Shown: positions 25,555-39,937 of the stretch, one piece after another | Numbering within the stretch: the first letter of the stretch is position 1 | How the letters are laid out: the number at the start of each line of letters is the position of its first letter | Source: Camelus ferus | Lineage: Eukaryota | Length of the DNA: 64,000 nt | Assembly (NCBI RefSeq): GCF_009834535.1 | Contig: NC_045697.1 | Coordinates: 54,996,001 to 55,060,000, forward strand | Direction of reading: 5' to 3' | The notes under the pieces: model-generated | What the model was told of the DNA's origin: nothing | Databases searched by the model: none | The model's input: only the letters and a program-made list of their open reading frames with translations | Program-made: the position numbers and the translations under genes

Positions 25555-26865
25555 TTATGACCATCTAGGACTAGTCATTCTGCTCTGGCTCAAAAAGTAA
25601 ACAAAATAGACATGCTCTCTGGCCCTTTTGTGTTACATTCTAGTGGGGGAAACAGACAACAAGATAAGGAAACAAAAACAATGAACTGCAAATTGTAATC
25701 AAGTGCAATTGAGAAAAAACCTGATGCTGAGAAAGATGATACTGGAGAGAAGTTTTTTATTCTTCTGTTCTTAAAACCTGACCCTCACTTTAAACAAGGA
25801 TAAAGAAGATATAACTTTGACAGTGACATTTCAAGAAAGATTGAGTCATGAAACGGAACTAATTAGGCAAAGAGAAGTGTTTTCAGCAGAAGGAGCATCA
25901 TATTCAAAGACTTTGAGCCTGGAGAGAGCTTGGTATGTTTAAGTAATGGAAAGAAGAAGCATGTAGCAGTAGTGGGAAGAGAAATGTAGCAGTCTAGGAG
26001 GTTGAAGACTGAAGATGGGTTAATGGTTAGAACAGATACGTCCTACAGGCTGTAGAAGAACTTTGGCTTTTATTCTAAGTGCGGTACAAAGGCTTTGAAG
26101 GGAAGTAAGATTATCCAATTTGAGTTTTAAAACATCCTTTCTACTCTTTGGAAAATTAATTTGAGGGGAATAAGAATGAAAGTATGGATTTAATTTAGAG
26201 TCATTTGCTGAAGCTTGGCCAGAGATATTGGTAGTCTGAACTAGGGAGGTGTCATTGGAGATAAAGAGAAGAGGATGAAATTGAGATATGTTTCAGAATC
26301 AGAATCAAAAATAGGAATTGTTGAGGTGTTGGGTCTAATAGAAAGGGAGTGAAGTCAAAGAAGAGAAACTAAGGGTGAGTTAAGCTTCAGACTCATCAAA
26401 TTGAAGTTTGACATGAATTACTAAATTGGGAAAATGTTGAGGAGCAGGTTTTAAGAAGGGAAGAAGAAAGCATTCAATTTGGAGCATGGTATGTTTGAGA
26501 TATATGAGACATCTGAATAGAAAGTCAAGGATTAGGCTTGATCCTTGGGAGACAAATAAACAAATCTGGATCTCAGTAAATGGGTTTGTTTTAAAGTCAG
26601 ATGATGGAATGCAGTCACCTAAGGAAGACTGTTAACAAGAGACGAGAAGGGAAGAAAGTCCAAGATAAGGAACAGGACATAGCAAATGAGGCTGAACTAT
26701 GATAGTCAGTGCAGAGGAAGGAACTCTTGGAGAGAGTGGTGCCAAGAGAAGAGGTTATTTCAAGAAGGAACTAGTTGTCATCTCTGATGAAGGCTTCAGA
26801 CCGAGCAAGTGAGATGAAGAGAATTCAGCAACATGAAAGTGACTTTGACAAGAGCTGTTTTGGTG
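25555..26865 (-). mobile_element. L2 LINE 3' region
   Basis: Purine-rich antisense L2 text: ttacattctagtgggggaaacagacaa, actttggcttttattctaagtg, tctgaactagggaggtg, ttcaatttggagcatggtatgtttgaga, gtgactttgacaagagctgttttggtg. Confidence 0.7.
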
Positions 26866-27109
26866 TCTTTGTCATTCTACCAAATCAGCTCTAGTTGACT
26901 CCTTACTAAAAATAATAGTAAATAGTAACTTCAGGTGTACACATGGGAATACTATGGGGAGCCAGTTTTTGTGAAAGAAAAATAGACTTCAATTTATTTA
27001 AATGTAGCCAATTTGATTGCTGCAAGTCGGATGGAAATGACTTATGAGATTTTTATAGACCTTTTCCCAACTTGTTTGCTAAAATATTTGAGATTATTAC
27101 TAACACCAT

Positions 27110-27670
27110 GCTCCCTACAGCTTACCACCACATTACAAATAGTAAAGGCCTATTTACTGAAGTTCATTTTACTCACTACATCATGTCCAGTTTCAGTAAT
27201 GAGGCATAATAAAAGGCAAAAAACATACTTTGAAGAGATGAAGCAAGCATCAGGACCAGATATGGAAGGAATGTTAGAATGATTAGACTAGGAATTAACA
27301 ACTATGATTTATATGCTAAGAGCTCTAATGGAAAAAGTAGGCAACATGCAAGAACAAATGGGTAATGTAAATAGAGAGATGGAAATTCTGAGAAAGAATC
27401 AAAAAGAAATGCTAGAGATAAAAAAAAAATCTTTGATAGAAATGAAGGATTCCTAATTAATAGATTGGACATAGCTGAGGAAAGAATCTCTGAGTTTGAG
27501 GATATGTCAATAGAAACTACCAAAACTGAAAATCAAAGAGTAAAAGGACTGAAAAAAAAAAAAAAAAAAAAAAAGAACAGACTACCTAGGACCTATGGGG
27601 CAACTACAAAAGGCGTAACATTTGTATATTGGAATATCAGGAGAAGAAAAAGATCAGAAGAAATATTTGT
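27110..27670 (+). mobile_element. Old L1M (L1MD/M4-type) 5' UTR-ORF1 remnant
   Basis: atgctaagagctctaatggaaaaagtaggcaacatgcaagaacaaatgggtaatgtaaatagagagatggaaattctgagaaagaatcaaaaagaaatgctagagat; the ORF at 27465 begins DIAEERISEFED, the conserved L1 ORF1p coiled-coil motif. Confidence 0.8.
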
Positions 27671-30319
27671 AAAAGGATTTGGGATCAGGGGATGGCAAAT
27701 TGAGAATAACCAGAATACTGGGTTATTTTACTCCCATTTCTTGGTAGGTGGAAAAAAAAATCAGCAAAAATCTACTATGCTTTTTGTCTTCTTGTGGTTT
27801 GGGGGAAAGAATAAAAGGAAATCAGTAAAAAAAAAATACAGAAAATCAGTATAAGGTAGAGAATTTATTTGATGCACTTAGTGATAGTAGGGAAATGGAG
27901 AGAAAGAGAAAGGGGAATAGAACTAATATAATAGTGAACGACTATGCAGTGTCCTATCTCGTCTTTTGCTGTATCCCCTCAAATCATTGCTAAAATATGA
28001 AACTTCAGAAATTTTTGGTGTTAGGGGATCATTTCTCTATAACTATGACAGCACTGAGCTGTGTCGCCTGGGTTAGCAGTAGGTAAACACAATATGTAGA
28101 TGCAGATATTGAAAGAGATGGAACCATAAGGAATTTAGGTACAGGGAACAAACCAGAATCATGATTTGGGTTCTGGATTCTTACCTGTTAACAAATTGCA
28201 GGTTAGAATTTCATTTACCTAACATGATTCCAGGTTATTTAATGTTGTGGCATTTCAGAATACCATATCCCTTTAATTTGAGTCAGCATTTACAAATCCC
28301 ATTAGTATGTTTATTTTAAAATAAAGAGAGAATAATTCATTGGGATTTAGGAAATGAAATAGGGTTCCAAGGCCATATTCTCAATGGGAAACAATGTAAC
28401 CCAAAATTAAAAAAAAAAAAATCGAGTCTTGTTGAAGCACATTATTATAGCTATTTTGTGTGTTTATATTAGCAGATTCTCAAACCATTGGTTAAACTTT
28501 GACTAGAAAAATGTTTAGTTTTCTTCTTTTTCCCCCTAGTGAGTTTGTTCTCTCATTTTGGTCTTGGTGGGTTGGGGTGAGGTGAGAGAAATGTTTTTCC
28601 ATGGAGGTTTGTCATTCCAGCCTTGCCAGTTTTACATTGTGCTTCCCAAATGTGTATATTAATTCTGTGGCTTAGAGTAAAACAATAATTCTTTTCTTGG
28701 TAATGAGTCTAAACAACCCGTTCATGGGATCACCTATCTGTATTCATTATATAATTGTATCATTTCATTAGTTTCTTTTGGACAATGCTAGAGCTCTGTA
28801 CTTATTCATCTATTCTTTCAGCAAATACTTAAGTCCCTATTGTGTCTGAGGCACAATTCTCGGTGACATATTGCCATGGTCATGCATGTCATATTCATGT
28901 ACATATCAAAATATAAAATTAAAATGAAGTGCTGAAGACATGGCAGTAAAGGAGGACAAAAAAGGAATAGATTAATGAATTTCTCATCCATTTTCCCATG
29001 AAGTTGACTCCTAAAGGTATTATCCAAATTGTGTTTGTGATTAATTCAATTTTTTATTTACAGTGAGGTTATTGATGGACTTGCATTTATCTAACTAAAT
29101 TACGGTTTTTAATATTAATGGCTTTATTTATTTTTTCTGATCTACATAAAATAATACTTTCATTACAGGAGGATACAAAAATTAAGAAAAAACAAATCAA
29201 ATGCAGCAGTTCACATATTCTCCCTTTGTAGATTTAACATTTAGCTAAATGGAATTTTAATAATACATCAGTTAGTAACATACTAAATATTTGAGTTAAA
29301 TTATTGTGGGATAGTTTTATTATTAGCATTTTTCTTCTGTTTCTGTGATAGTCATGGCGTTGCTGACTTCTGATTCTTCAAGCATATTTGTTTATGCTGC
29401 TAGATGCCTGCTCTTCTGCTGAGAATATAGGCTTAACTCTCCTCACAGAAAATTGCTTGTTGACTGTTAAAATTTCAGTGAGTAGTTCAAGATGGAATAT
29501 GACCTATATTCTTTATCTCCTTTAGGGCTTTTACTGCTAGGGTTTGGCATGGTAATCCATGATAGTAATGTTCAATTCTTGTCTAGCTGGCAAATTAATA
29601 CATCAACTAATTACACCAGGGCTTTGGTCTGCAGTTCGTGTTGGCAAATTTATACAGACCTTTATTAACTCAAATGAAAAGATTCAGACTGAGACTATTG
29701 AGGGCACCAAGGTCAGCTCCTGTTCGATGATTGGAAACATGAGAAGTTATGATTCCAATTCTGTCAATTGATTTCTCTAGAGTACCTTACACACACCAAT
29801 TTTCCTTTACTAACCATTCCTCTGACTAGAGTTCAAAGAGATTTTTTTTTCTTTTTTTTTTTTGGCATTCCTTAATTTTTTTTAATGCAGTGCTATATTT
29901 GTTTACTGTTCTATTATTTCCTCTCTTGTAGAATGTTCAATAAATATAAAACTGGGAAGTGAATTTCTCTCCCTAAAGTAATTCATATACTTCCATTTCT
30001 TATCTACATTGTTAGCACTCCTCCATGTTCAATAATTTAGAATTATTAATATTATTCTTCAGTTGAAAATGACTTATTTTTCTATATGCCCCTCTTTTTC
30101 TTTATTTCTAGACAGGATGTTTTAAATGAATGGCTTATATTTTACATGAATAATTACTGAGAGTACTGAAGTGTCAAGTTTTAAAAAACAATCATTTTTT
30201 AAAAAACAATCAGCTTTGAAATTTCTGGATTTCTGTTTGAGAAATCATGGTGTTATGTACTTTCCTGTTAATTATTTTCTCTCCTTACTTCAAATAAATT
30301 TCTTATGTTTGTATTCTAG

Positions 30320-31440
30320 AGTGTTAGACTGTGAGCTCTCTGTGAAAGCAGGAACTATATTTTACTCTTATTATCTTCCCCAACATCTAGCTCAGTGTCC
30401 TGCATGTGGCACAATACGGGAAAACCCATAAAGCACACCTAAGCTGGTCTTTGGATTTGAAGTGAATCAGAAAAGTTGTCCTTAAGTAGGTCACATTATA
30501 ATTGAGTCTTAATTGATGAGTTAGCTCAAAAAAAGAGGGTGCGGCCCCCACTCTCTTTTATTTTAGGTACTTAGGACAAAGTCTTTGAAAGCATTGAGGT
30601 AAAGGACAGCATGGAGTATTCTGTGAATTGCATAGCATTCAGTATGATTATGGTGTCAAGTGGATGGATGAGGCTTGAAATATTTGTTGATGAAAGAGTG
30701 CAAACAGTTTGCATGCCATGCTCATGGAACTTGAATTTTATCCTAAAAGCAGGCAGTGTACAATTATTGTTTGGTTTTAAGCAGATTACTGATAAACTTT
30801 TTTTTTTGCCTTCCTTCCTGCCTGTCTTCCTTCCTCCCTCTCTCTTTCTCCCTCCCTTCCTTACTTCCTTCCATTCTTTCTTCCCTATGATCAGTGTCAT
30901 GCTAGGATGTATATATTGGTGCTTGTGTAAGATTGAAGGAGGTATGATACTGATAAATGATCTTCTATAGGGAAACCAATTGCTGCAGTTTATCAATAAT
31001 GATTAGAGCCTAAACTAAGTTATAGGTCTTGGTAACATAGAAATGAGCAGATATGGGAGATACTGAAAAGTTAGAATTGAAAGGTCTGTGCTTGGTTGAG
31101 GCTGTGTCCTGGGAACTAGCTCATCATACTTGTGGCCTAACCTGCATGCAGGACTCTCTCCTGCTCCTGCCAGCAAAATCCGCCCTCAGGCAGAGGCACA
31201 GATTCTGGCAGTAAGAAGATACGCCAAGGATATACAGGTGTTGGAGGCACCAACAGGTTTTCCTTAATGGGAGGTAGGTCTTACCTGGAGAGGTGGTTCT
31301 GAAAGCCATCAGCATTTAATAGATAATTAAAGCTAAATGGTATAAGGAGATCATTCAGAGAAGATGGCCTAGCATGGGAACCTGTAGAACACCGAAATTT
31401 AAAGGACAACATAGAGAAGGAGAAATCTGTGAAAAATAAT
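30320..31440. mobile_element. L2 fragments (short sense 3' end ~30320-30420, then antisense piece) with internal CT-rich repeat
   Basis: tagactgtgagctc...cccaacatctagctcagtgtc (sense tail); gaacttgaattttatcctaaaagc...ttttaagcag, gagcctaaactaag (antisense); (CCTT)n-like run ~30808-30885. Confidence 0.55.
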
Positions 31441-31839
31441 GTCTATTATCTTTATGTGATTTATATATATGAGATATGTCTTGAATATTTTAAAGTAAAA
31501 CAAGACAAGCAAATCAAAAGTTAATGGAGTCACCATTTACCCACTGTTTATATTTCTTTGATTAATCCACCCAGAAATATATTTGCTTCATAGTAGCTAT
31601 GGCCCCATCTAACTCATCAGTGACTCTTTAGTACCCTGGATGGTACTTGGCATAGAACAGGTGCCAAGTATTTTTTCTTTTAAATGGGTTTTTTAAATTA
31701 CTGAATTTACATACATATACATTTTAAATAAAGTTAGAAAATATTGTTTAGAAAGTATAGATATTATCAAAACATATTTTGTATAAACTGTCTTAACTTC
31801 ATACTTTTGTCTTTAAATACTTGTACTTTTTTCCTTTAA

Positions 31840-32160
31840 GTTAATAAGGTTTGTTTTTTAGAGCAGTTTTAGTGAAACATACAGAGAGTTCCCATATATC
31901 CCCTGTCCCCACACATATACAGACTCTCCTAAGGGACATCCTGTACCATTGTGGTACATTTGCTACAGTCGATGTACGTGAATTGGCATTATTATTGCTC
32001 AAATTTCACAGTTTACATTAGAGTTCACTCTGTGGGGTTGCACATTCTCTGAGTTTGGGCAGATATATGATGGCATGCGTCTACCATTGCAGGGTTACAT
32101 GGGATAGTTACATTGCCTAAAAATCCTCTGTGTTCTGCCTATTCATCCCTCCCTGCCCCC
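31840..32160 (-). mobile_element. L1MC/MD-type 3' end
   Basis: ttttttagagcagttttag...tacagagagttcccatata...gtggtacatttgctaca...cagtttacattagagttcactct...cctaaaaatcctctgtgttctgcctattcatccctcc. Confidence 0.8.
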
Positions 32161-33489
32161 TTAAATTACTTTTCAAAAGACAGAAAGTGATGAAAAGAGG
32201 CTCACAGGAATTCAGTTACTTATTCCTGTTCTATAGATTTGTTTTAGGGTCTTGAGGTTTGTTCCCAGCTAAGACTACAAAAATGAAGATTTAAGAGAAA
32301 ACATATGTTTAACCTGTAATGAAGTGTTGGTTTCCTTGGTGCATTTTAATGTATTTGATAATATTTGATTCAAGTTATTTCTCTAAGCCAACACATGAAG
32401 TCAGAAAACTGTGGAGAATGTTTCCAAATATTTCTGGCACAATCGATTATGGCTTTTCTGCCAAAATGTTTCCTTTCTTAGATGTACATCCTCTGCATCA
32501 GTTCACTTGAATATTATTTCTGCATTCTACTCCAAGCCGTGACCTGTATTCATGTATACAGGCTTTCTGTGATTTGTTTAGTAACAGTTGGTGAGCAGGG
32601 AAACCTCTAACAGTTATTTCTATTATTATTATTATTAAAAATGATTCAGAAAGGAAAAATATATATTGAAGCCAGATGTTACTCAAATGAATTATTTTTT
32701 CAAAAGAGCTTTCCAGCATTGTAGTTACATTAGCACACTTGGAGATCTACTTCATCTAGGGGTGAATTAGCTGTGGAATACCAGGAAATACATCATAGGC
32801 AGAAAATTTGTAAAGGAATTGCCTTTTTTGAAAGGGATTATGTCCTTATTTTTACTGAGAGTCAAGTCATAAGTGACATTGATAGACTGGAGCAAAACTG
32901 GTTATTGAATGTTTGTGGCATTTTTAGATGCCATGGACATTCTGTGGCCCCATTTTCTCTGTTACTGTTCCAAGTGAGTGTTCTTTCAGAAGTGCAGTCT
33001 TATATTTTTTTCTTTATATACTTCTTCTAAGGAGAAGTTAATCTATACCCACTATGTTTGTCTGAAAATATTTTTTAAAAAAGATGCACTTAAAAAGTCT
33101 TTGAGTTTCTTCTTTCACCAACAGATTTGTTATATATTCTCACTTTTTAAATTTTTGTCCTTTCACTGAAAATAAAGATGATCATGTCATGCAAATATTA
33201 TTGCTACTGGCTTCTGATTTTTGTTGACTGCATAAGGTTGATATCTTAATTTCAGTATTTTACACAACATATCACTGAATTAAGTTGACACTTGATTATA
33301 AAAATTTAACAGCCCAGAAAAATTCTTCTGATAATTTATTTGCATCAGAAAATGCTTCTGCTTTCCTAGGTTTTAGAGATTTGAAACTCATCTAATCAAT
33401 TTTTCCCCCTCAAAATTAACAATCTTTACAATAAGAAAAACATGACCATTTTTGGAAGAGTGAAACAATTTAAAAATTTTTTATTTCAA

Positions 33490-33620
33490 CCTGTATGAGA
33501 CAGAATTCCCTTGTTGTTAAATTGGGATAACAATAGCTACCTTGCAAAATTATTGTAAAATCCAAAACACGTGTGAAGTACCTAGTACAGTACCTAGTTC
33601 ACATAAGGTTTTCATTAATA
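33490..33620 (+). mobile_element. MIR SINE 3' half
   Basis: gttaaattgggataacaatagctaccttgc...gtgtgaagtacctagtacagtacctagttcacataag. Confidence 0.55.
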
Positions 33621-33691
33621 CCGGATGATCTTCTTTTCTGTCTCCTCCTCCTCTTTTTTCTTCTCCTTCTTCTTCCATGTTTGATCTATAT

Positions 33692-33864
33692 CAGTGGTTC
33701 TCCAACTTTAACGTAAATCAAAATCACTTAAAGGGCTTGTTAAAACACAGGTTGCAGCATTCTGTCCCCTGAGTTACTGATTCAGTAACTGGAGTGGACC
33801 TAACACTGTCTATTTCTAAAGAATTGCCAGGTCAAGTCAAGAGACAATACTTTGAGAAATACTA
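33692..33864. mobile_element. MER5A-like hAT-Charlie MITE
   Basis: cagtggttctccaactttaacgtaaatcaaaatcacttaaagggcttgttaaaacacag...ctgattcagta...tatttctaa...actttgagaaatact, with degenerate terminal inverted repeats. Confidence 0.75.
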
Positions 33865-34789
33865 ACTAGAAAAATCATGCAAATGTAATGAAGTAGAGTT
33901 TTATGGCCGTCACTACATTTCCCTGTGGTCATCTCTGACTAATAAATACCATCACTTTCAATTTGAAAAATTAGTACCCAAATACTTTAAAATGTTTTCT
34001 ACTTAAAAATAAGTCTCCCAGTGTCTTGATTTACTTAGACAATAGTGTGAATGTTGCTCTTCTCAAATGCACTATTTTTATGAATTTTAGAATTCAGGGC
34101 AAGTAAATTAAAAAAAGGAGGTCTTTTCTCAGTTGGGTGTGTTTGAGACAAACGACATTGATAGAGTTTGTTAGCTTTGTCTTTTAAAGTGACTGAGCAA
34201 CAGAATACTGCCTGAAACTTGAAATATCTGTTCTCTATATTTCACTCCGATATAAAGAGAGTTGCTCACCATAGTAGGTATTATTATTGTACTTGTATAT
34301 AATTTAGAGACTATTTATTTAACTTGAATAATACTTTGATTTTCATTTTAGCTGCCAGATTTGTTTACCCTGTTCAGTGACCTATCATGTGATTGGTAAT
34401 TAGAACCTGAATATCACAGTTACTGTCATGACTGGCAGAAAGGAAGACCACCTTTTTCAAAGATCACATGTAACCAGAAATATCTAATGAGTCATAAGTC
34501 AACAAAAACTTCACTCTTGATATTCAGCTAGCAACACTGCAAAGTGTTCAAAATCTAAATGTAGCGCATGACACACACACTGCAGCTGCAAGTAAGAATA
34601 ATTCCTGACAAAAGAATAGATGTTGAAAATATTATGTTGACTTGTTTCTTTGGTATCTCCTGAGTCAATGTTGATGTATGGTTAATGCAGTCTCAAAGCT
34701 ACAGATTAAAACACTATTAATGGCCACAAAATAACATACAAAAAACTCTCACAATGTGTCTGGACTCTTGGGGACAGATCAGGGTCATC

Positions 34790-35350
34790 AGGGACAGATC
34801 CTTAGAATTCCTCTTTATCTCTGCTCACAAACTGAGCTGATCTCATACAGTTTTATTGTTTTAAATACCATCTACAGGCTAAATTCGTGTGGGTAGTTTG
34901 GACTAGATCTAAGTCCTTAATGGCGGCTACTTTATTTAAACCACTCAGTTTACAAATAATGACCCCACCTTGACCCCTGTGTTTTGTTATACTGTCTATC
35001 CATAAATATTGTCAACTCTGCTTTGAGCATGCAATCAGAATCTGATTATGTCTCACTCATCCATTGTTACTACCCAAGTCCAAGTCCCATCATCTCTCAT
35101 CTAGAGTGTTATAATAACCTCTCCACTTACCTGTCCATATATATCATTTTACTCTCTATATATCCTCCTGTGAGTATAGAATCAATGTTTTAAAACATAA
35201 GGCAGATCATATACTTTTCTTTTCAAAACCCCAAAATGAATTCTCATCTTTCTTAGAGTAAAAGTTTGCATTTTTATAATGGCTTACACATAATATGGGG
35301 CTGCTATAAAATATGTGAATTCATGTCCCACTGATGCTTTTCTGAGCTAC
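34790..35350 (+). mobile_element. L2 LINE fragment
   Basis: ttttaaataccatctac, ccaagtccaagtcccatcatctctcatctagagtgttataataacctc, atcaatgttttaaaacataaggcagatcat, ttagagtaaaa. Confidence 0.55.
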
Positions 35351-35364
35351 CATGGTATTCTTGA

Positions 35365-37440
35365 AATTCTGATACCAAAACCATAAAAAAGATACTACAA
35401 GGAAGGTAACTATGGACCAGTATACCTCAGGACACAGATGTAAATATTCTAAACAAAGTATTAGGAAATCAAATCCAATAATATATGAAAGAATATTAAC
35501 TGATGACCAAGTGGAATTTATCTCTGGAATACAAGATCAGTTTAATATTTAAAATAGCCAATCAGTATAACTTAAGTCAGTAAAAGAGAAGAATCATATT
35601 GTTACCCCAATTGATACAGAACAATATTTAATAAATTTTAATATCCCTTCCTGACAAAAGCACGTGGTAAACTAGGAATAGAAGGAAATCTCTACCTGAT
35701 AAAAGGCAGCAATGAAAAACCTACAGCTAAAATCACACTTAATGGTAAAAGACAGTGCTTTTCCCCAAGATTAAGAAAGACATGATTTCACCACTTCTAT
35801 TCAACATTGTACTGGAAGCTCAAGTCAGTTCAGTCATTCAAGTAAAAGACTAAAATTCACCTGGAAAGAAAGAAATAAAAGCTATCTTTATCTGCAGATG
35901 AAATGATTGTGTATATAAAAAAGCTAATGGAATTTACAAATTTATAATTATTAATTATTGATTTTAGCAAGGTTATAAGATATGAGATCAATATACAAAA
36001 ATCAACTGTATTTCTGTATACCAGCAATGAACAATTAGAAGTTGGAATTATAAAGTAATACCATTTACCACAGCATCAAAAAAAAAAACTTACGGATAAA
36101 TCTGACAAAAGGTATAAAATACATGTACATTGAAAACTGTAAGGCATTGCTGAGAAAAGTCAATGAAGACCTAAATGAAAGGAGAGACATACCCTGTTCA
36201 TGGGTTAAATTAATCTTTAATTATCTATTAATCCGTTATTAACCAAAAACACAATCCCCCCCAAAATCCTAGAAGTCACTTTTCCAGGGGTTAAAAATTG
36301 ATAAGTTGATTCTAAAATATATGAGAATGCAGAGGAAGGAAAGTGACAAAACAACTTTGAAAACAGATCTCAAAGCTGGAGGAAGAGCACTCCCTGATTT
36401 CAGGACTCATTATAAAGCTACATTAATCAAGACAGTGTGAGACTGGCATAAAGACAGGCAAACAGGTCAATAGAATAGAGAAGAGATTCCAGATACACAC
36501 ACATGTATGAACAACTGATTACTGACAAAAATTTTTTAAAAATTCAGCAGGTAAGTGTTAGTGTTTTCAACAAATGATGCTGAAACACATATATATGCAA
36601 AAGAAAAACACACTTCATACCTCACACAATATACAAAAATTGACTGAAATTGGATTATACATTTTAATGTAGAACGTAAAACTAAAAAGTTCTAGGAGAA
36701 AACCTAGGACAAAGATCTTTGTGATCTCTTTTTAGTAAAAGAGTTCTTAGATACCAGATAATTTGAAAAGGATGTGAAGGAATAGTAATTCTCATACTCT
36801 GCTGATGGAGATTAAAATGGTACAGACACTCTGAAAAATAGTTTGGCACTTTCTGAAAGTTAGACATACACCTATCATATGATACAGTTATTCAATCCTT
36901 GATATTTATTCAAGATAAATGAAGACACATGTCCATCCAAATACACGTACTCAAGCATTCAGAAACTTAACTTGTAATAGCTAAAAATCTGGAAGCACCC
37001 CAAACATCTATCAGCAAATGAATGGTTAAATAAGTTGTGATATTTCCATTCAATGTAATACTACACACCAATAAAAAGGATAAATTGATACATGCAAATA
37101 TATGTATAAGTCTTACATTAATTATGCAGAATTTTAGAAGCCACACAAATGAGTATATGCTATTATTTCATTTATGTAAAATTCTGTAAAATGCAAACTA
37201 GTCTGTAGTGGCATACAGTGTATCAATGCAACCATTGGCTGGAAATGGGGATGTGACCAGGAAAGGCAGGAGGGGGGATTACAAAAGGGCAGAGGAAACT
37301 TTTGAGGGTGATGGATAAATTAATTTCCTTGATAATGGTGATGAATTCACAGGTTTATACATATTCAAATCTGATTAAGCTGTAAACTTTAAATATATAG
37401 CTTACTGTATATTATATCTATCATATGCTGTTAAGAAAGA
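35365..37440 (+). mobile_element. Old L1M (L1MC/ME-type) ORF2 3' half plus 3' UTR, decayed, with internal deletions
   Basis: Collinear with the RT-to-3' part of the L1 at 61.5-63.8 kb (ctgataccaaaacc, gaccaagtggaatttatc, caccacttctattcaacattgtactggaag, caatatacaaaaatcaactgtatttct, aatcaagacagtgtg), with many stops and frameshifts; ends in an old-type tail. Confidence 0.9.
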
Positions 37441-37744
37441 AATAATGCTTGGATTTAAAGCATTTTTTTTTTGCTTTGATGGTCAGATATGAAAGATGAA
37501 AAATCATTTAGGGTTATATACAGTGTAACTAGTGACATTCTCAACTTGAAAGTTTTTTAACATTTTGGTTTTAAGAAGCACATTTTTCTCATAATAAAAG
37601 TCTGTTGTAAGCAAAAGGATCTTATAAAATTTTCCTTTAAGTGTGTTTTTTTCCTTACAATGAAATTGAATTTTAACAAAAATAGTGTGTTTGTAACAGT
37701 AAATAAAGCATGCTGATAATATATCCACAAAATATAGGCAGGTC

Positions 37745-37915
37745 CAAATCACCAGTCTGAGAGGCAGGATGCCAGCTGCTGGCTGATTGGTCACTAGTCA
37801 TGCCAATAACTGTGTAACCCGAGGAGGGCCATTTAACTCTCTACATCTCAGTGTCCCTTGAGGTTTTATAAGGACAGCAGTGCTGTGTATTACTGGGAGG
37901 ACAAATGTGATAATA
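37745..37915 (+). mobile_element. MIR SINE (diverged)
   Basis: taactgtgtaacccgaggagggccatttaactctctacatctcagtgtcc...gggaggacaaatgtgataata. Confidence 0.5.
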
Positions 37916-38839
37916 GATGAGCCTTTGGCCACCCCTTTAAGTAAGGTGAATTTACAAAGGAGCTTATTGGATGCTGGCTATTTCCTTTTGTGACTCTATT
38001 TGTAGTTTTTGTGGCTGCAAGTAGGACTAATGTAAGTATCCCTGAAGAGACTTACTCCAGGTGTGGATAGCTGCTGTCTTTGAAATAAAGAGAACACACT
38101 TATCTTTTAATATACTTAATAAACCAATCCTTAAACATGGACACTTTGCTCTTAAATAGTCACAGTAGTTACTAAGTGTTGGGTGTGATCTTTTATTTGC
38201 AACAATCATAAGGCCGACTGTGTTTTAGCATCTCTTTTTTTAACCTTCAGTTTCCATCCCTCAGGCCTCCCTTAATTTCCACTATCCTCCATCTTCTGCT
38301 ACCCTGTCATCTCGGTAGCTACATGCCCATCGCTGCCTCTGGTTGTTTCCTTGTCCTGAAGAATTTTTGCCCCTTCTTTCTCTCCTTGTCCTAAAGAAGT
38401 GTATCTTTGTTAGTTTCCAAAATCAGGCCTTCTACCTGTGCTGTGAATCCCTTTTCCAGCCTTGTTTCCAGGAGGTCATGTTCCATTGATAATACTTTTT
38501 TTTCTTTTTCTTCTTCAAATAAGGATTCAGAAGATACAAATTATTGATAACAGGCATATTTCCCTAGCTTTATATAGTCCAAGGTACATAGTGTACTTTG
38601 TAAAATCTTTTCTACTACATGAACACAATTCTCCTTAAGTTCCATCTGGCATGTATTCTATGGGGTCATAAAAGAGGTTTTATTATCACCTGAGAAGTAG
38701 CACAGATTCAGTGTGTTCACACAGATTATCCACAGAGGTTAAAAATCTCACAAAAATCACTGTTCTTGTTCTAAGTGGGAATAACAGCAAAATCCAGTAT
38801 GGACTAACCAGGGACACAAATAATGGGGATAATTTCAGA

Positions 38840-39180
38840 GAATTATAAATACTATAGGAAGATGTAAGATAGCAGTGGGACAAGAGAGTAGTGGGATGAA
38901 ATGGGGAAAGAGGCCTTTTTAAAGACAGTGATCAATGATGTCTTTTCTAAAGGACTGAGACCTGAATGAAATTCATAGTCAGCCATGTGAAGGTCTAAGG
39001 AAAGAGTGTTCTAGTCAGAAAGCAGAGAAGATACAGGGCAGGACCATATTTGATGAGCAGAAAGAAGACCAGCATGTCTGAGCCTGGTCAACAGGGAAGC
39101 TGTTAGCCCATGAGTGGAGTTAGAGCTATGGACACTTGGATTTTACTTTAAGGGAAGAAAGGGTTACAGAAGGGCATGTA
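38840..39180 (-). mobile_element. L2 LINE fragment
   Basis: ctgagacctgaatga...gtcagccatgtgaaggtctaaggaaagagtgttctagtcagaa...gaagaccagcatgtctgagc...acttggattttactt. Confidence 0.5.
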
Positions 39181-39910
39181 ACCCATTCTGATAAACTGAA
39201 CAGAGCAAGGTCAGAGGACTAAAGTTTTTTAATTGTAAGAAACAGGGAACAGAGCTGAGCCAGTTATATCAGAGGCCAACACAAATTTCAGGTGCAGAAA
39301 GTTAAGTAATGTAAATGGAAATAATACCACCCAGTGTTTCTCAAACATTTAATAAACAATCCTGTCAGAACTGGCTGTAAATAAGCCCCACAATATGACA
39401 GTGGCATTATGGGTTGTTGAAGGTAGTCTTAATACACATAAATTTTTAGTCTGAGTTTCTTCTGTATGTTTTTTTTTTTCAAGTTTTCCACCTGTAATTC
39501 CCATTTGTACTCATCATTCACTTTAGAAATTGGCCAGAAAGAGGCCATTTCTAAAATATTTAGACAAAAGTATACTCTATTAGTTGACATCCTCAAGCCC
39601 AAAAGCATGAGATCAATTCTGTGTAATGTGGCTGCTGATTTTGAAAACGCCTTCGTATGATTACAGTTATTTCATAAGGTGTTAAATGTGCATTGGGATA
39701 GTCATTCTGTTAGATGGTAATGGAAGGGCTAATGTTGTACAGTGAGGCTGTTCAGGCCAATCAAGTCAAATCCTTCCATTCTGACCTGCATTTGAATCCC
39801 TGTTTTCAATTCTGGTCTACTGAGGACAGAATTAAAACCCAGTCAGCTTAGTATTAGGTGTTTTATGTTTATAGTTTTCAGTGGTGAGAAAGTGTGATTT
39901 GCTTTATGAA

Positions 39911-39937
39911 TGTGTGTGTGTGTGTGTGTCTGTGTGT
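39911..39937. repeat. (TG)n microsatellite
   Basis: tgtgtgtgtgtgtgtgtgtctgtgtgt. Confidence 0.9.

Noticed and set aside
30179..30212. Short tandem duplication ttttaaaaaacaatca x2 (similar ones at ~21304-21331, ~34771-34800 and ~42512-42540)
   Set aside because: Ordinary slippage micro-duplications.
30571..30996. Overlapping 141-aa and 119-aa ORFs
   Set aside because: Kept open by a CT-rich microsatellite inside an L2 remnant.
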